A stretch of 64,000 nucleotides of DNA from Sphagnum compactum (taxonomy: Eukaryota): positions 32,540,213 to 32,604,212 of the forward strand of contig OZ234493.1 in NCBI GenBank assembly GCA_965153455.1, given 5' to 3'. A program made the translations under genes and the position numbers. Shown here piece after piece: positions 1 to 13,560 of this stretch; the stretch's first letter is position 1; every line of letters begins with the position of its first letter. The notes below the pieces were generated by a model. That model was not told where the DNA came from. It searched no databases and saw nothing but the letters and a program-made list of their open reading frames with translations.

Positions 1-825
1 AAATAGTGATACAAATTTGATTTATAACCTCTTAATCATTAATATGAGTATTTATTTTGTTATTATCATTTCATATTAAAAATCCACAAGTTTAATATGC
101 ATTCAAATAGATTTTTGAAACTCAAATCAATTTTGCTGGAACGTTAATGTCTTTGAAAGTAGGTTGCAAGTTGATGAAATGAGTGTCTTGGATTTTTATT
201 CTTTTCAAATTGATGGTGCCCCAACTTATATTATGTACTTTCAGATTCATAATAGATAGTCATATCTTATCAAAATATATAGTTTATAAATATCTGAATA
301 GTTAATATACAACCATTAACTAAATGAATCTCTCTCCTCTATCTCTCCATCCCTAACCAGACATTTAACACAACTCTAGTGTTATCTTAGGAGGTTTTGA
401 AGATTGCAAAAATTCTTGACTTGGATTTAATTTCTACTTAAAAGTGACCCTAGGGTTTTTTGTAGCAATGTGGATACTGGGTGTATTACAAAACCCACCA
501 AATTCACACAAGCAACTTGTGAACCAATGCAAAAACAGAGGGTAGAAAATCTATCTGCTTTCGAGATTCATGCACATCTCACCACATCTGTGCGCATTTT
601 TAAGATTGGGCCATGTGTCTATTGGTTAGGACATGCAAATCAAGTTGCAATATAACGGGTTGGGTTATAACTTGTGTGGCAAGATATGGTTTCTTTGGTT
701 TGCCCATATATTCTGCACATTCCAAAGTACCATGCATTGGCTGTCCACTTTCCCCTACCCAACCTTATTGCAGTTCATCTTTTGATGGAACTAGGAAAGT
801 AGACACATGATCTCGTGTTAGAAGA

Positions 826-1258
826 CTAGTGTGGCTTTTGCCCTTGGCCCAAATGTTACCAAGTCCTCAACTGATTTTTCCTTCCAAAACTTGGTTTTTT
901 GGAATTTAATGAATTTTCAGCAGCAGAAATCACTTAAAAATCAATATCTACCCACATTCTGATTCCAAATCTGACCAAATAAATTCCATTAAATCCTGCT
1001 CATCAGGACCTTTCCAACAACACCAAAGGCACATTCCAATTCCTCTGAAATTTTCAGCTACAATTTAATTTAATTTTCAGTGAAGAAATCATTCAATATT
1101 CAAGAACTTTTGCACCGTGAGTCCAAACATTATGGAACCAAGCCCATGCACCCCTCCTTGTCGAGAGCTTTCCAAAGATGCCAAGAACACGGTCTGAAGC
1201 ATCCCGGTTCGGTGGATCTCATAACTACAAAACAAAACAAACTACCTTCATAGATAGA
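826..1258 (-). mobile_element. Short non-autonomous Helitron-like repeat (copy 1 of a dispersed family)
   Basis: Reverse-complement homolog of 25459-25990 along its whole length. On the minus strand it starts A|TCTATCTATG and ends GCCACACTAG|T. 5' TC, 3' CTAG, an A|T insertion site and no TIR/TSD match Helitron rules. Confidence 0.7.
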
Positions 1259-1514
1259 TGTGCTCTGCTTCCTTTCAAAGGTCTGTAAGTATAGAGCACA
1301 CCTTCAAAACTTCACAGTACCCTCAATACCTTTATTGCCATAAGAGTAAAGTTTCTCACCTTGGGTCTGTGGAGCTCAATGTTCAAATGTTCTTTACATC
1401 ACACCTCAATATGCAAATTGGCACATGCAATTCACCATTTGCCAATGCACTTAATTCAATAATTTTGTGTACACAACAAATACCTCTGGAGTAAATATAA
1501 AAAGAGCGTGGCAT

Positions 1515-4500
1515 TCATGGGGGTTGCTTACTAGATGTCATCCGAGAGGTAGGCTGGCATGCAGACAATGCATAAACAGTTTTCCCATTCCAGCCTGCCA
1601 GAAACCAGCCATTATCTTCACCAATGTCAAAACCCCTGGGAAAATGCCTCAGCAGGGCCCTGATTTTGGCTTTAGTACTTTCCGATATGGGCATCTGTGT
1701 GAACCCTGCTCGTAGACTCCGTGCCTGCCATGAAGTGTAGGGCTCAGCACGCTCAACTCTCTCCAGACCTTCACAAGCCACTATATTGAGGATGGCACGA
1801 CCATGAATCTCTTGCTCTATGATAACCCTGTGAGGATGCTCTGCTGGCAGTGAAGCAGCAAATGCTTCAAACGTTGTTGAATAGTGATCCATAGCCCCCT
1901 GAAACCGGGACATAAAGAAGGGTGCATTGTAGTTTCCATTCACCACTCCATGCACAAATATCTGTAGAAAGAAATGAAAAAATCGAAACGAAAAGAAATA
2001 AGAAAACCAGAGGCCAAGCAGGATATGCACATATTTACTGTCTCATTTGCATCACCAATGATCCAATTTCAGCACCCTTCTCATGAAATAAAGACCTCAC
2101 ACCATTCAAATCAACAAAAGAAATACAGACACTTAAATAGAAATGACAATGCACCGCACTAGACTGCATTGAAATGCTTCAGAGGGAAACATCCAATGAG
2201 ACATATTACTGACATGGGTGTGGCAATAAACAACTCTCCCATTAGTCATGCATTCTCATGACATAACAAGACAATGCATGCAAAGAATGAAACAGTACCT
2301 TTGGATTCATGCTTTGAATCCTCCTCAGAAACAGATTTCGAGGGCTTGCTGCCGTTACATATTCATCAAACAAATGGTGAAGTCTGTAAATACAGTTGAC
2401 TGCAAGTACTTCATCTCTGCGCAAGAAAAGGTGTGCTGGGGTGATTGCCTCCCATTTCTCAGCAATGGCATGGAAGTCAAAGGCCACTCCAAGTTGCCGA
2501 GCCACACGAGCGAGCATGCAACCGGTTTCCTGAATTCTTTCAGTGGGTCTGAATCCAGGTTTTGGCCAATAAACGCCTGAAACCAAAAAAAGAGGACAGA
2601 GGTCACAAATTCCACAGCTATGGCCTCACCAAAAGCTTGAAGGAAGCAAAGTTTTAAAGGCACATCATTTTCTCCACATCAATTTATCCTTGTTAGACCC
2701 ATTATGAACTTAGTTCCTGAAAGCCACAGATTGCCTGAGGGTTTCTATGAATGAAGAAACACAGCTTTGGTATGTCTGCTGCAACTGAGCTTTCATTCAA
2801 CCCAGGATGGAGAGGACAATGCCATTGAAAAATACCTGTTATCCGAAGGTGAGGTGGCCCTCCAGGAAGCTGAGAAAGATGGTAAATAAGAGATGGCCAT
2901 TGCATTCCATAGAGGATACCATAGTCAACTATGTGGACTCGTTTTGCATCACCAAAGGCTTGCAGAATAGCCATATTGGAGAACAAGTAAGACATTTTGA
3001 GGAGGGGGCAATGATCAAAAAAGTTGAGAAAGGCCTTCGATACTTCAGGTGCTGAGGGATGGTTGTGGTTCACAGCTGTGTACAGCTGTCCACCTGTTCC
3101 TGTCATTCTTGCGACCTGGCATCCATTTATCACAGAACTCAGTAACTTTCACCACCTGAGCAATCTGGCCTTCAGCTTTCATGTCTCTTATAAAAAGATG
3201 TCTAGCAATACCTTTAAGCAGTGATCCCAAGAAAATAGTTGAGAATCAAAACTGTAATCTTCAAACAAAAGACTGAATCAGGGACTCATATGACACATAA
3301 TTTTTGCAAGCATCACTATGACAAATATTTCAACTATCTTCAACCCATACATTCACTTTACATGAATGTATCTTATTTCCAGGTTCATTGTAGAAGCTGC
3401 ATACTGTTCTCAACAGCAGCTAATTGAGTAGCAAAATAATGAGGGCCAGTGAGTAAACTGACCAGAGCTTCCAGAAAATAGTGGGTCATGCGTTGTTCTG
3501 CATTTCCAATTGCTGATGAGTGCTGGCGAAGCTCTGCAATCAGCTTGTTAGCTTGTGAGATGTCATTTGCTTCAATCACCTGTGCACACCTGAAGTAAAA
3601 TGCAACAAGCCTCACTTGATTAGGAAAACTCATGAACTGTGAAGGTTACAAATTAGAAGCAGACAACTATGTGTGCCAGGTCTGCCAAAGGAATTAAGCT
3701 ACATGTACTAAAAAACAGTGCATACAGTTGTTCTAGAATCAGAGTCAGCTGCATCCTGGTATATCATTGTTCTTGGACATTACAATTATCATGGAGATTG
3801 CTAAAGGGACAGCTCAAGTAGGATGAACTATTACCTGACAGGGTCATTGCCATGTACTGAAGAACAAGCAGATTCTCTGAGAGCAACAACACACCAGCCT
3901 TGACTAATTGTGCTTTGTTCTTCACATGGGTGTAAATTTTCTACTGCTGCTACTGGATAACTTCCACTACCTTGTGGACCAACCCACAGGAATATAAGCT
4001 GAGATGTCTCTGGATCTGTTGTATGAAGTCGTCCTTCACACGAAACACAAGTGTAGCTCTATGCTTAGGAGAACCCTAAAGCTGATATGTACCTTAATGG
4101 ATGTGAAATGTGTACACGTTGTTTCTTAGCCAAAGATTCTCTTCCGAGACACTGGCCCAGTGAACTGTCCTTCCCCATAGAAGAAGAGATCCCTCCTTGC
4201 TCAAGAAGGTTGCTAAGAAGGTCAGCAATGAAGAAATACTAAAAATAGGCAAGATCATTCCAGAAGAGGTGTGTCCGTTTCTCCACAAGTTACCTGCAAT
4301 TGCATGAGTGAAGGGAATCACAAACTTCCATTTTCATCTATAAGGGGAGTATAGGGGTGTGGGGAAAACAGGGGAGGAACAGAATAATTTACCTGAACAG
4401 AAGATGATGCAGATCATCTTGAAGTATGGGATGCCCATTTGTAATCCACAGGGAGCTGGTTGGCTTTGAGACATGGTGGCTGTTGCCACCTCCATCTGGA

Positions 4501-5627
4501 ATGTGTGAATGGTGAAGGGCATCTTCTGAGCATGCAGTAAGAGACTCAGAATGGAAGCTGCACCGAGACATGCTGCTCTGAGCCCCTAGTGCTGCAGCTG
4601 CCTCAGGGGCGTGCATCTCTGTTCGACTAGGTGCTCCCAAACCTCTGTTTCCAGGATCCAAGTCTAGAAATGGGTCACCAGCTTCATCATTTGAGAAGCT
4701 GCTTCTTGAGCCATTTTTGAGTCCATCTAAGATGTCAGCTACTACGGGACCACCAAGAACGTCATTCAGCCAATCGTCTGAGTATAGATCCTTCTCAAGG
4801 GTTTCACTGTCAATCTGAGAAGCGTCGTCACCAGCTATCAGATCCCCCAGCTCTTGCGCCATAGCTTGGTATGCACTACTCTCCAGAAACATACACTTAT
4901 TGGACTCCGGTTCCTCCTCCACGAAGCTGTTCACATACTCGTGGAAAGTGTTGGCTTCTCCTTCCGTCATGAGAAACTCCACACCGTCGAAATCTGCCAA
5001 GTTAGACGGACTTGAACCCGCCTCTCCTTGACTAGGCGCAGTTCCTTTCTCATCGGGACTAGGGTATGCATCCCGCAAAGAAGCGAGACTAGTACTATTT
5101 TTCGAAAAGAAGTGAGAGGCGAGGTCAGCAGGTGCTGCCGGCGCCAGATGCGCCAATGAATTGGAGTTGTGCACAACACGAGTGGTGGCAGAGAGTGGTG
5201 GTCGATGAAGAAGGGGACTAGGAGGAGTTGTTACACACTGTGTTCTACTAACAACGCTCTGCAGCCTGTCATGAGGGAAGAGGAACGGACATGATGACCT
5301 CAGAGCATCGTCGTTGAAGCCGACCTCGACCTCCTTCGGCTTCGGATCTTCACCCTCTTGGAAGACAGAAAAGAGCATAGGCTTCTTCTTCTGAGGGAGG
5401 CGCTCGGCAAGCTCCGGAAAGATGGAAGAGAGCGATTCTAAAGCAGACTGCTGCTGCTCCTGCTGCTGGAGGCGGGGGATGCAGCTATTTGTCAAATGGC
5501 TGCTGCTAACAGAGCGCTTCTTCGCCTTGGGCATCTGTGTGTGAAGCCATGCCTGCTGAAGCTGCGCGGCAAGGGAAGACACCTCACCTCTACTTCCTCC
5601 TGATCTCGCATGCTTCATTCCTGCCAT
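1515..5627 (-). CDS. GRAS family transcription factor, LISCL/SCL9-SCL14-like clade, 5 coding exons, ~788 aa
   Basis: Exons 5627-4393, 3589-3463, 3115-2836, 2576-2299, 1961-1515; all introns GT-AG and in phase (2367 nt). Motifs: LHHLLFRCAQVI (LHR I), RVHIVDYGILYGMQWPSLI (VHIID), GGPPHLRITG, PGFRPTERIQETG, NGNYNAPFFMSRF (PFYRE), NIVACEGLERVER, GWNG...LSAC (SAW region). The N-terminal EYVNSFVEEE...KCMF...AYQAMAQEL resembles the LISCL acidic motif. Confidence 0.93.
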
Positions 5628-6770
5628 GTACTTTGTCTATTATCTCGTCTCTACTCCAATGCTGCTCAGACCGTCTTCTGTCTTGTCAGACAACTCCATC
5701 TGCATCCCCCTCCCCTCCTTCTCTGCTCTTTCATTGCTGCATTCATACGATCTGCTTCTGGTCCTCTCGTGTTCAGCACCTCCTCTATACCGTCTTCTGT
5801 CTTGTCACACAACTCCTTCTGCAGCCCCTCCTCCTCTCCTTCTCTGCTTCGGGATTGCTGCATTCATAAGTCCGTCTGCTTCTGGTCCCCTCCTCGTGTT
5901 CCTGACTCTCTCCGTCTCTGAAATCTACTTGAAAGCTACCTGGAAACACTCGTTAAACACAATTCGCAAATTTCGATTCATCGTTTTGTCCAGAATTCTC
6001 TCACCGCCTGCATCATCCACATGCTCCTGTTGAAGCGTTCTCGCAAAAACGGAACCCCTAGGCAACGCCCCTAGGCAGAAGCGACAGTAGGACGCAGACG
6101 CGTGAAGCGCAACATCGACATCAATTCGCCTTGCAGGCACCTCGGGTTTCTTCTTCTTCTTCTTCTTCTTCTTCCTCGCGCTCCTGCTGCTGCTGCTGCT
6201 CCTCGCTCGACGTACAGGGTTCGTAAGCTCCAGTTATGTGACGTAGGTGAGTGTAGGAATCAACACAAACAATAGTCCATAGGTTGCATGGAAATTCTAT
6301 TTCTAAAATTGGCGGCCACAAATATATACGGCACAAATGGAAAGAATTCATTGTGAAGAAAAATAATACAGCAAACCCCTCTTTACACCACCATGTGCTC
6401 AAAGTCTCAATTGATGAAGTTCCTTTGGGGCCCATGGTAACACCACCTAACAAAATTGTCTAACTCTGACACAAATAGCTTGGTGCCTACCAACCCCAAC
6501 TCCTATCAAACTTCTTGAGAAGTTTCTTTCTTCTTCTCTTGAGAAGTTTCCTTTCCACCCAAGGAGTTTGTTGGGCCCTGATCCCACATGGGATAAGGTC
6601 CTCCCATTGGTTTTTGGGTTGTTGGAATTGTACACAAGAAATTGCAGTTTCAGACTGGTGGAAGGAGTGGAACTCGATTCCTGATGATCGGAGGGTTCAC
6701 ATGAGGGAAGATTTTTTTAAATATGTTTTGTGTACATGTATGTGTTCACAAAGGGTTGCATTAAAAGTGA

Positions 6771-6873
6771 TTTAGTTTAGGGTTTGAGAAGAAAGCGGTG
6801 AAATTAGGGTTTAGGGAGAAAACAGTGACATTAGGGTTTGGCAAGAAAGCGGGAAAATTAGGGTTTAAGGTTT
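6771..6873. repeat. Cluster of telomere-like/telo-box (T)TTAGGGTTT motifs in a degenerate ~30-bp tandem unit
   Basis: Four TTAGGGTTT cores separated by GAAAGCGGTGAAA-like linkers. Confidence 0.6.
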
Positions 6874-9800
6874 GCCGCAGAGGTGGTTTGATTTGTTTGT
6901 GGTTTTTTTACACGGAGGTGGTTTTGCTACATGGTTTCAATGTGAAAGTGATGTAGTGGCGCCTGGATTTTTTAATATTTGGAGCGTGGGAGGCAATCAT
7001 TGTTGCATTTGTCAAGTTAGTGCATAGCTCGACTTGTATGTGTGTGTTTGGTGGGGAGGCAGTTTGATTTGTTTGTGGTTTGCATGGAGGCGATTTTGTT
7101 GTATAGTTTTAGTGTGAAAGTGACATGGTGACGTGCTATTTTTTTGTTTGTTTGCAATGTGGCCGGAGGCAACTATTATTGCCGCGTTCGTTGAGTTGGT
7201 GCATAGCTCGACTTGTTCTTTTTTTTCAGCATTTTGTGTTATTTGGTTTGTTTGACCGAGTAATTGAGGTGGTGGCGTGTGATTTTCTTTTGTTTGGAGT
7301 GTGGTAAGCAGCTACTGCAAGCTACATTTTTGGAGTTAGGGCATAGCTCAATTTCTTACTACTATTTTTGAACATTTTTTGTTGCTATCTATTGCTAGTT
7401 TGGTATGGTTTGTTTGAGCATGGAAAAGAGGTGGTGGTGCACATAATTTTTTTTGTTTGGAGTGTGACAAATGCATTTGTTGACTTGGTGCTACTTTTTT
7501 GTGGTTTGTTTGTTTGTTTCTTACTACATAGATGTTAATAGTTTGATGTTGTTGTTTCTGTATGTAGGTGCTACTACCTCGTGGCTAGTGGGGGTTGTGG
7601 TTTGGTGATTTGATGGTGGTTATTGGCGACTAGAGCTACAAATCACAAATTCCTAATTGTTAGGTTGAACATTCGTGAAAGTGTGCTCTCTAAAACACAT
7701 TTCAAAACTCAGTTTGCATATGGTCTTTAGTGACAATGATCTTGCAAAAAGGTTGTTGAGTGTCAAGTGGGAACATTGTCTTGATGTAATTATTGTTGCT
7801 ATGTATTTTGTCATGTTGAAAAAACAATGTACAAGTTGTTTGTTATGTAATAAAGATTTTTATTGCATGAAATGAAGTGTACAGTGGGATGGAACATTGT
7901 TTATGCTCGAGTAGGAGAGGATGAATTTTTCACATGGGAAAATTATCTTGATGTACTTACTATTGTTATGTCTTTTTGTCATGTTGAAATAACAAGGTAC
8001 AAGTTGATTATTGTGTAATAAGGATTCTTCCTTCATGAAATTAGGTCGAAAGTAAGCTACAATAATGTTTTATTCTTGAGCAAGACATGAAAAAAATTTG
8101 GTGGGCTTAGAAATAGGAATTTTTTAATAATTGTCATTCTATGAAGGTTTTTGATTGTCAGAGTGAATATTTAAAAAACTATGACCCTTCCAAATATATT
8201 ATTACATGTTGTTATCAAAGTTTGGCAACTTATCTACCTTTAATTAGTTGGGTACGTAGCAAAAAGAAGTTTGTATATGGTGTTGAATGACAACCATCTT
8301 GCAAATTGTTGTTTCTATTTGGAGGTGGGAGTAGTGTGAACATGTGATTGCTACTAGTAGTTGTTGATCTCATGATGCATTTTAAAGTTGTCACCACTTT
8401 GAAATTGAATGCAGGTTCCAAAGTGAAAGAAGGGCTTGTACAACATTTGTGAATACTTGGAACTTAGTGTGAAAAGTTGAATGAATTTTAAAAATATCAT
8501 CAGTGCCATTGTTGAGAAGAATTCTTGACCAAGGACAATAACAAGTCAATTTGTTATGTTATGTTTTAGGAATTTATTCATTTGCATAAGGATTTCAATT
8601 ATTTTGTAGTTTGTTATTAAATTATTGATAGATGTTGGTTTGTATTGTGCAAGTGTGGAATGCAAAACATGGCAATTTCCATTTTAACTAGACATTAAAA
8701 TTTTATACAAGGAATCAAACTTCCAAACTAATGTTAGGGTTTGGAATATAATTATTCTCAGTTGAATGTTGTGGTTGTTTTTATGAACCTAGGTTGATAA
8801 AATTTAGACAAAATTTGCAACAAATAATGTGGTAAGCAAATGTTTTCTTTTGAGATATCTGGATTTGGTTGCAGAAAATGAAATAAAATGCATATTTCGA
8901 ATGTCATATTTGTAGGACTATTTGAAATAAATTATTAATTAGTCAAACACCAGTGTGGATTTTTCTAAAATGTTCTAAAATGTTACAAAATCTAAAATTA
9001 TAGGGTTTTGTAAAAAGTTTGCTTGTGGTATATCCTTGTGAGAATGGCACATGTTAATATTTTTGCAATTGAATTATTTTTGTCCTTGGAAATTGTTAGT
9101 TTTGTTATAATAATATGAAATGTGTATTGCCAAGTGTCTTCATGAGATTTTTTTGTACTAGAAACCGTAAAATGGACCTTAACCCAAAAGTTGAAATGTA
9201 TTTTTTGGGTGAAAGCATGGTAAAGTGGACCAACAATGCACCTTGCACCAACAAAAAAAAATGAATCAAAAAGTAATTTTGGGTCAAGGGTTGGGGAGCA
9301 AGGACAAGGTTTATTTTAAATTTCAAATTTAGGGTATAGTTAGGTCTATAGGGAAGGCGGGCTCTTTCCCTGTTCTACATCTAGGTTGTTTGTTGAAAAG
9401 CCATTATCATGAAACATCTTCCCTCCTTCCTGCATTCATCAACACCACCACTGAACGAAAATTGTGAAGATGGAGTTCCGACAGACATCTCATTACCTAT
9501 GTGCTGGTGAATTCCAAACTTTATTTTGTTTTGTTTCCTTGAAGCGTTGAAATGGTTTTTAAGGTTATTAACATATGTTTGGTTTATTACATTGTGGGAG
9601 GGAAACTTGAATAAAAGTTTTGGGTGTCGCAAAGCTAAACCTTTAATTATACCCTTTTCATTATATTTAGCTAATGACCATTCATTAATCATAATATTTA
9701 TAATAACCTTTCAATAATGATTATTAGCTATATTAGTTATGAAATTAACTTACTAGTTATATTTTGAGATTATATTTAGCTTCACTTTGAAAGGGAAGTT

Positions 9801-12399
9801 ATGAATTTATAATCATTTAAAAAAACTATGGAATGTAATTTAATAGTTAAGTTAATCTTTAAATTTTAATTTTATGATCATTTAGATTCACTTTGAAAAG
9901 GAAGTTTTAAAAGGGTATGTGAGAGAAAGAGATAAAGATAATGGTAAAGGAGGAGAAAGTTTTGAACATGTATTTGAAAAATAGTTGTAACATAGGCAAA
10001 GTAAAATGATAAAGGTAATGTGTCTTTTCATATCCATGTAAGTAGTTAGGGGAAACAAGTGAGATAATTAGGATGCACAACACTCATGAATGCCTTGACA
10101 CCATAGATTCCAGGTAAATCCAAAGAACTTACATGTGTTGAGCCTTTGGTGGAAGCCAATATATCATGAAGTCCTTTTGAAGGGACAATGAAAAACTCTA
10201 GACAAACCACTATCATAACCTAAAAGGCTCCCACTTGCAGGACACTCAACAAAAAAAACCATGATGAAATATTCTAATGTGGACCTCTTCTAAAGATGAA
10301 ATCAAAATTTTGTCAAGTGAACAAAGATTGATGTAGAATTACACAACTAAGAAAAAAAACTTATATTAAAGGAGGTCATCAAGAATATCCAAAATGAATG
10401 GCAAAACCCAATATGGTGCAAAATGTGAGGGTTTTTTCGAGTATGAACATGTGGAGGGTAACAAGCAAAACAGATCAATGTGCAACATGAAAGCCATTCC
10501 AATTTCTTGCCATCATGAGAAGCTTTCAATTTATAAAGCAAATCACAAAAGCAAAACATAATGAATGACTTGAGCTACATAAAGGGGCAAAAGGGTAGTG
10601 GTTGTGTCCAATCTAGGCTTGATAATTAAATTGACAATCCCAACAAACCCAACCATGACCTCCTCACCCAAAACCTCAATCTTCTTGTATTTCTTTTTCA
10701 TGGTATCAAAATTTGCACACATCTCCTAGATTCTTCTATCATTGACTATAAGCTTATCCATCTCTTTCTTGAGGTCATCAAGCTTCATTGTGTTTTCATT
10801 GATTTTTTTTAACAAGGTCATCTACTTGATTCATGATAATATTATCCTATGATTGTCATAGTGTGTTGAGGGCATTGTCTTTTACAACCATCGTTTCTTG
10901 GTTAAATGCAACTATAACAACACCTATAGCCACTACAACATCCAATATATACTTGAGTTCCAAATAAATTTTTTAGAATCAGAAGCAAAAGTAATACATT
11001 ATAATTCAACTTTGAACACATATTCTTTATAACAAAACAACATAACATCTAGATTATCTAGACTACCCTAGATCAAGCTAAAACAAGAAATTACCATCCA
11101 AAGAATTCAAGAAATTTCAAAACTTGTTCAATGGTCATGTATTGGACTTTTTCCATGAAAGTTGCAGTACCTAAGAAGGAATTAGTAGAACACATTTGTT
11201 TAAAGAAAGAAATAAAAGTCATCTTTTAAAAAACACCCAAAGTCATTGTCAAGAATTGGATATATGGAAGAGTTGTAAGTTCAAACATGTGAACATTTGA
11301 CTTGTATTGACCCACATAACAAAAGCATGATTTGGTGCAAAAAACAATGAAAATGAAATAAATAGAATGTTGAAAAACACAAGAGAAAAGATAGGTGAAA
11401 AGCTGGCCCCATGTCTAGCTTGTCCATGTGTGTGGAATACAAACTAAAATCTTATGGTTAGGGGAAAAAACTTTGGATCAATCCAAGGTTATTTTCATTT
11501 TAATTTTGAAAATTTTATGATCATTTATATTTTATATTAATATATTTTAATCTTTAAATTTTAATTTGATGATTATTTGATTTCACTTTGAAGAGGAATT
11601 TATAAATTCATAATCATAAGAAGTAACTCGTCTCCCGCCCCCACTTAAAATTTTCCATATGATCATCCATAAGTGAAAAATCAATCTTCCACAATCTATT
11701 TTGTTCATTGTGGATTCATTGTCATTTGAATCATTTTGACAAAGATTGATGGCCCTTGATTTCTTTTCAAAACAATTTTGTCTTCAATTAATCACTTTAT
11801 TACAAAGACTATTACATATTTACTCCACAAAATATCACTTTTTTTATTTCAAAATAATGCTAGTTGGTTTGATGGAAATGATTAGTGTACTTTTGTCACA
11901 TAATTAATGGAATTAATACACACATTCATACATGAAAGGGAATGATGCCCACCCATTTCAAGACTACGTGCAAGCCACATATAACATAGCTAAATACACA
12001 TCACACATTAACACTTGATTTTTCGACAACAATTGAAATTGTGGTCTAACAAGTAGCAGCACAAAATTCTTGTGAAAGATGGATTCTATGGTTAATTTCA
12101 ACTAGCTACCAAATATTGAAATGAAACAACTCAAAAAAAAATTGCTAACGATGATGGGTTTAGATGAAAAAAACAAGACTACCAATGCAACTTGCAAAAA
12201 TGAGCAATGGGCCCAAGGTGACAAGAGCTTACATCATGTTTTTTTCCAACGTGAATTGGACCAAGATCACATGATGAATTTTCCACAATTTGACTCACAA
12301 AAACCTTGCCATAATTTGCAAGGACCCAATGACCCTACTACACATCAAGAAACCACCAAAATGCACAGGTGACAACACCATTGAAAGAATGGGAACTCA

Positions 12400-13560
12400 T
12401 CTAATGTTGATTTATATCATGTCATGGCAAATGTTAAATTTGGATTAAAATTTGCATCTATAGCATTTTTATGGGGGGTCTCGATCACATCATTGAAAAC
12501 CCACCTACATAAGGTGACACATAATAGGTGCAAAGGCAAACCAAGAATGCTTGGGAAAAAAAAGGAATCTACACTTGTAGATTATGTTAAAAAGATGCAA
12601 AGGATAAGGCATCCCATCATCTTAACATAATTAAGGTGGTAAAGGTTACACAAGAGAAAACGATTCCATTCAAGAATGGGATTTCTGGCTAGGGATGACT
12701 ATAATGGTTTAAATAACATAACCCAAATCTATCATTATGCATAGCTCAAGGACTTGAAATTTGACATGTAGAGGGATTGTGACCCAACATCAACATTGCT
12801 AGTTTTATGAGGACGTGCAACATGCATAGAATTTACACAACTATCACACCCAAAGGATTTGGAAATGTGAAAAATTTGGTGCACAAGCTAGTTGCAACAA
12901 AGGCACATTTGTGCTTACCAAGATTGGATTTAAAAAATGCATTCCATACATGAAAAGGAGTGGTTATTGGTATTGTCTCGCATCAACACAAACGGTGAAT
13001 TAATTTCAACTTTTACAACTTTATAAGTAAACAATTCATGTGCAATTACATTGTGCGTTGTGCGAGTGGATCCACAATGGCTATGTAGCTTAAGGCATGG
13101 ATGACTACATGTTTGTTTTCCAATTGGATTTCTCATTTCATTGCAACAATGCAAGCATGTGGAGGCAACATGTCAATTGACAACAAACATTTACTAATTT
13201 TTTATGGTCACAACTCCCACATCACAATGGATGTAGTCTAAACAACTTGACAAGTGGGGTTGGACCTAATTACTCTACCATCCCACACATCCCATGCACT
13301 ATAGTCATGAAGATGTTTCATGTTTCAAACCATTCAAGGCCACATTTTGAACCAAAAATGTTTGGATTTTAACAAATAAAGGGAAAAATAATTAAAAAAC
13401 AAGATTTGGTGCAATGGGTTTCATTGGCCTTCAAGAAGGCTTAACACCCCACAACATTCATAAAGGCTTCGAAAAACCAACATATGGCCACTAAATCCTA
13501 GTGCAATGGCAAGTAAGATGCACATTTCTAAAAGTTTCATAAAAGTGCAAGAACCAAAAG
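12400..13560 (+). mobile_element. Decayed pogo-like (Tc1/mariner superfamily, CENP-B HTH + DDE_1) transposase remnant
   Basis: Frameshifted, stop-riddled translation gives ESTLVDYVKKMQRIRHPI, PFKNGISG.G*L*WFK*HNPNLS, KHLLIFYGHNSHITMDVV and LDLITLPSHTSHAL*S../DVSCFKPFK. These match DDE_1 motifs LLILDGHxSH and LPxHTSHxLQPLDV. Element ends not found. Confidence 0.8.

Noticed and set aside
5666-5863. 65-aa upstream ORF of the GRAS gene
   Set aside because: Low-complexity GA-rich leader. It may lie in a 5' UTR intron (candidate CAG|GTAGCT donor near 5939), and there is no conservation evidence.
6771-6873. True telomere or interstitial telomeric array
   Set aside because: Only isolated motifs separated by non-telomeric linkers.
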